Made by a program: the position numbers and the translations under genes. This document shows, in pieces, positions 54,512-54,519 of a stretch of DNA of 54,519 nt (within the stretch, counting starts at the first letter, position 1; each line of letters opens with the position of its first letter). The notes beneath the pieces were generated by a model that was given only the letters and a program-made list of their open reading frames with translations, had not been told where the DNA came from and searched no databases. Source of the DNA: an uncultured Candidatus Saccharibacteria bacterium (GTDB taxonomy: Bacteria > Patescibacteriota > Saccharimonadia > Saccharimonadales > UBA4665); NCBI GenBank assembly GCA_964560315.1, contig CAZLLA010000001.1, forward strand, positions 1 to 54,519, read 5' to 3'.

Positions 54512-54519
54512 GCCAATAT

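Noticed and set aside
1-54519. CRISPR arrays, rRNA genes, tmRNA / RNase P / SRP RNA, alternative genetic code.
   Set aside because: No regularly spaced direct repeats were seen and no gap is large enough to hold rRNA. All non-coding gaps are 290 nt or shorter, and I recognised none of the conserved cores of these RNAs in them. TGA terminates well-supported ORFs (for example at 730-732), so the UGA-recoding codes (4 and 25) are unlikely.

Overview
Compact, gene-dense bacterial chromosome segment of about 54.5 kb that uses the standard genetic code (TGA serves as a stop). Gene content and order point to a reduced-genome, monoderm-like CPR/Patescibacteria organism, most plausibly a Saccharibacteria (TM7)-type epibiont. 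This lineage call is inference from gene content only. Supporting content: RNase Y-YmdB, an LCP wall-polymer ligase, a secretin-less type IV pilus cluster and CIRCE-controlled dnaK. Left to right, the window holds: (1) a surface-protein operon (DUF1566 lectin-like protein, 1077-aa FN3-rich giant protein, MacB-type ABC transporter); (2) murB, glyA and a murA fused to an XRE helix-turn-helix; (3) eight tRNA genes, one of them partial (Arg-CCG); (4) two P-type ATPases, one with degenerate catalytic motifs; (5) an LCP protein and a GH1 glycosidase; (6) an HNH nuclease gene nested between two tRNA-Pro genes; (7) ymdB-rny, tsaB-tsaE and recX-recA; (8) a 9-kb type IV pilus cluster (pilB, pilC, major pilin, 3 minor pilins, pilMNO, one small gene); (9) ruvB-ruvA-ruvC-DUF457-yebC; (10) an AT-rich accessory stretch of about 5 kb next to tRNA-Lys, carrying an ATP-grasp ligase, an APH-family kinase, a TIM-barrel-like protein and a wHTH-PRTase; (11) a rimK operon, dnaJ-dnaK preceded by two CIRCE operators, a divergent guanylate-kinase-like gene, bcp and lepA. 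My best candidates for something undescribed are: the tRNA-Lys-adjacent accessory cassettes, bounded by direct repeats that resemble the tRNA 3' end; the HTH-MurA fusion with a perfect 22-bp palindrome at its promoter; the catalytically degenerate P-type ATPase paralogue; and the giant-adhesin/lectin/ABC operon. No CRISPR array, integrase, transposase or reverse transcriptase is visible. All functional calls come from motif recognition by eye; no database search was run.
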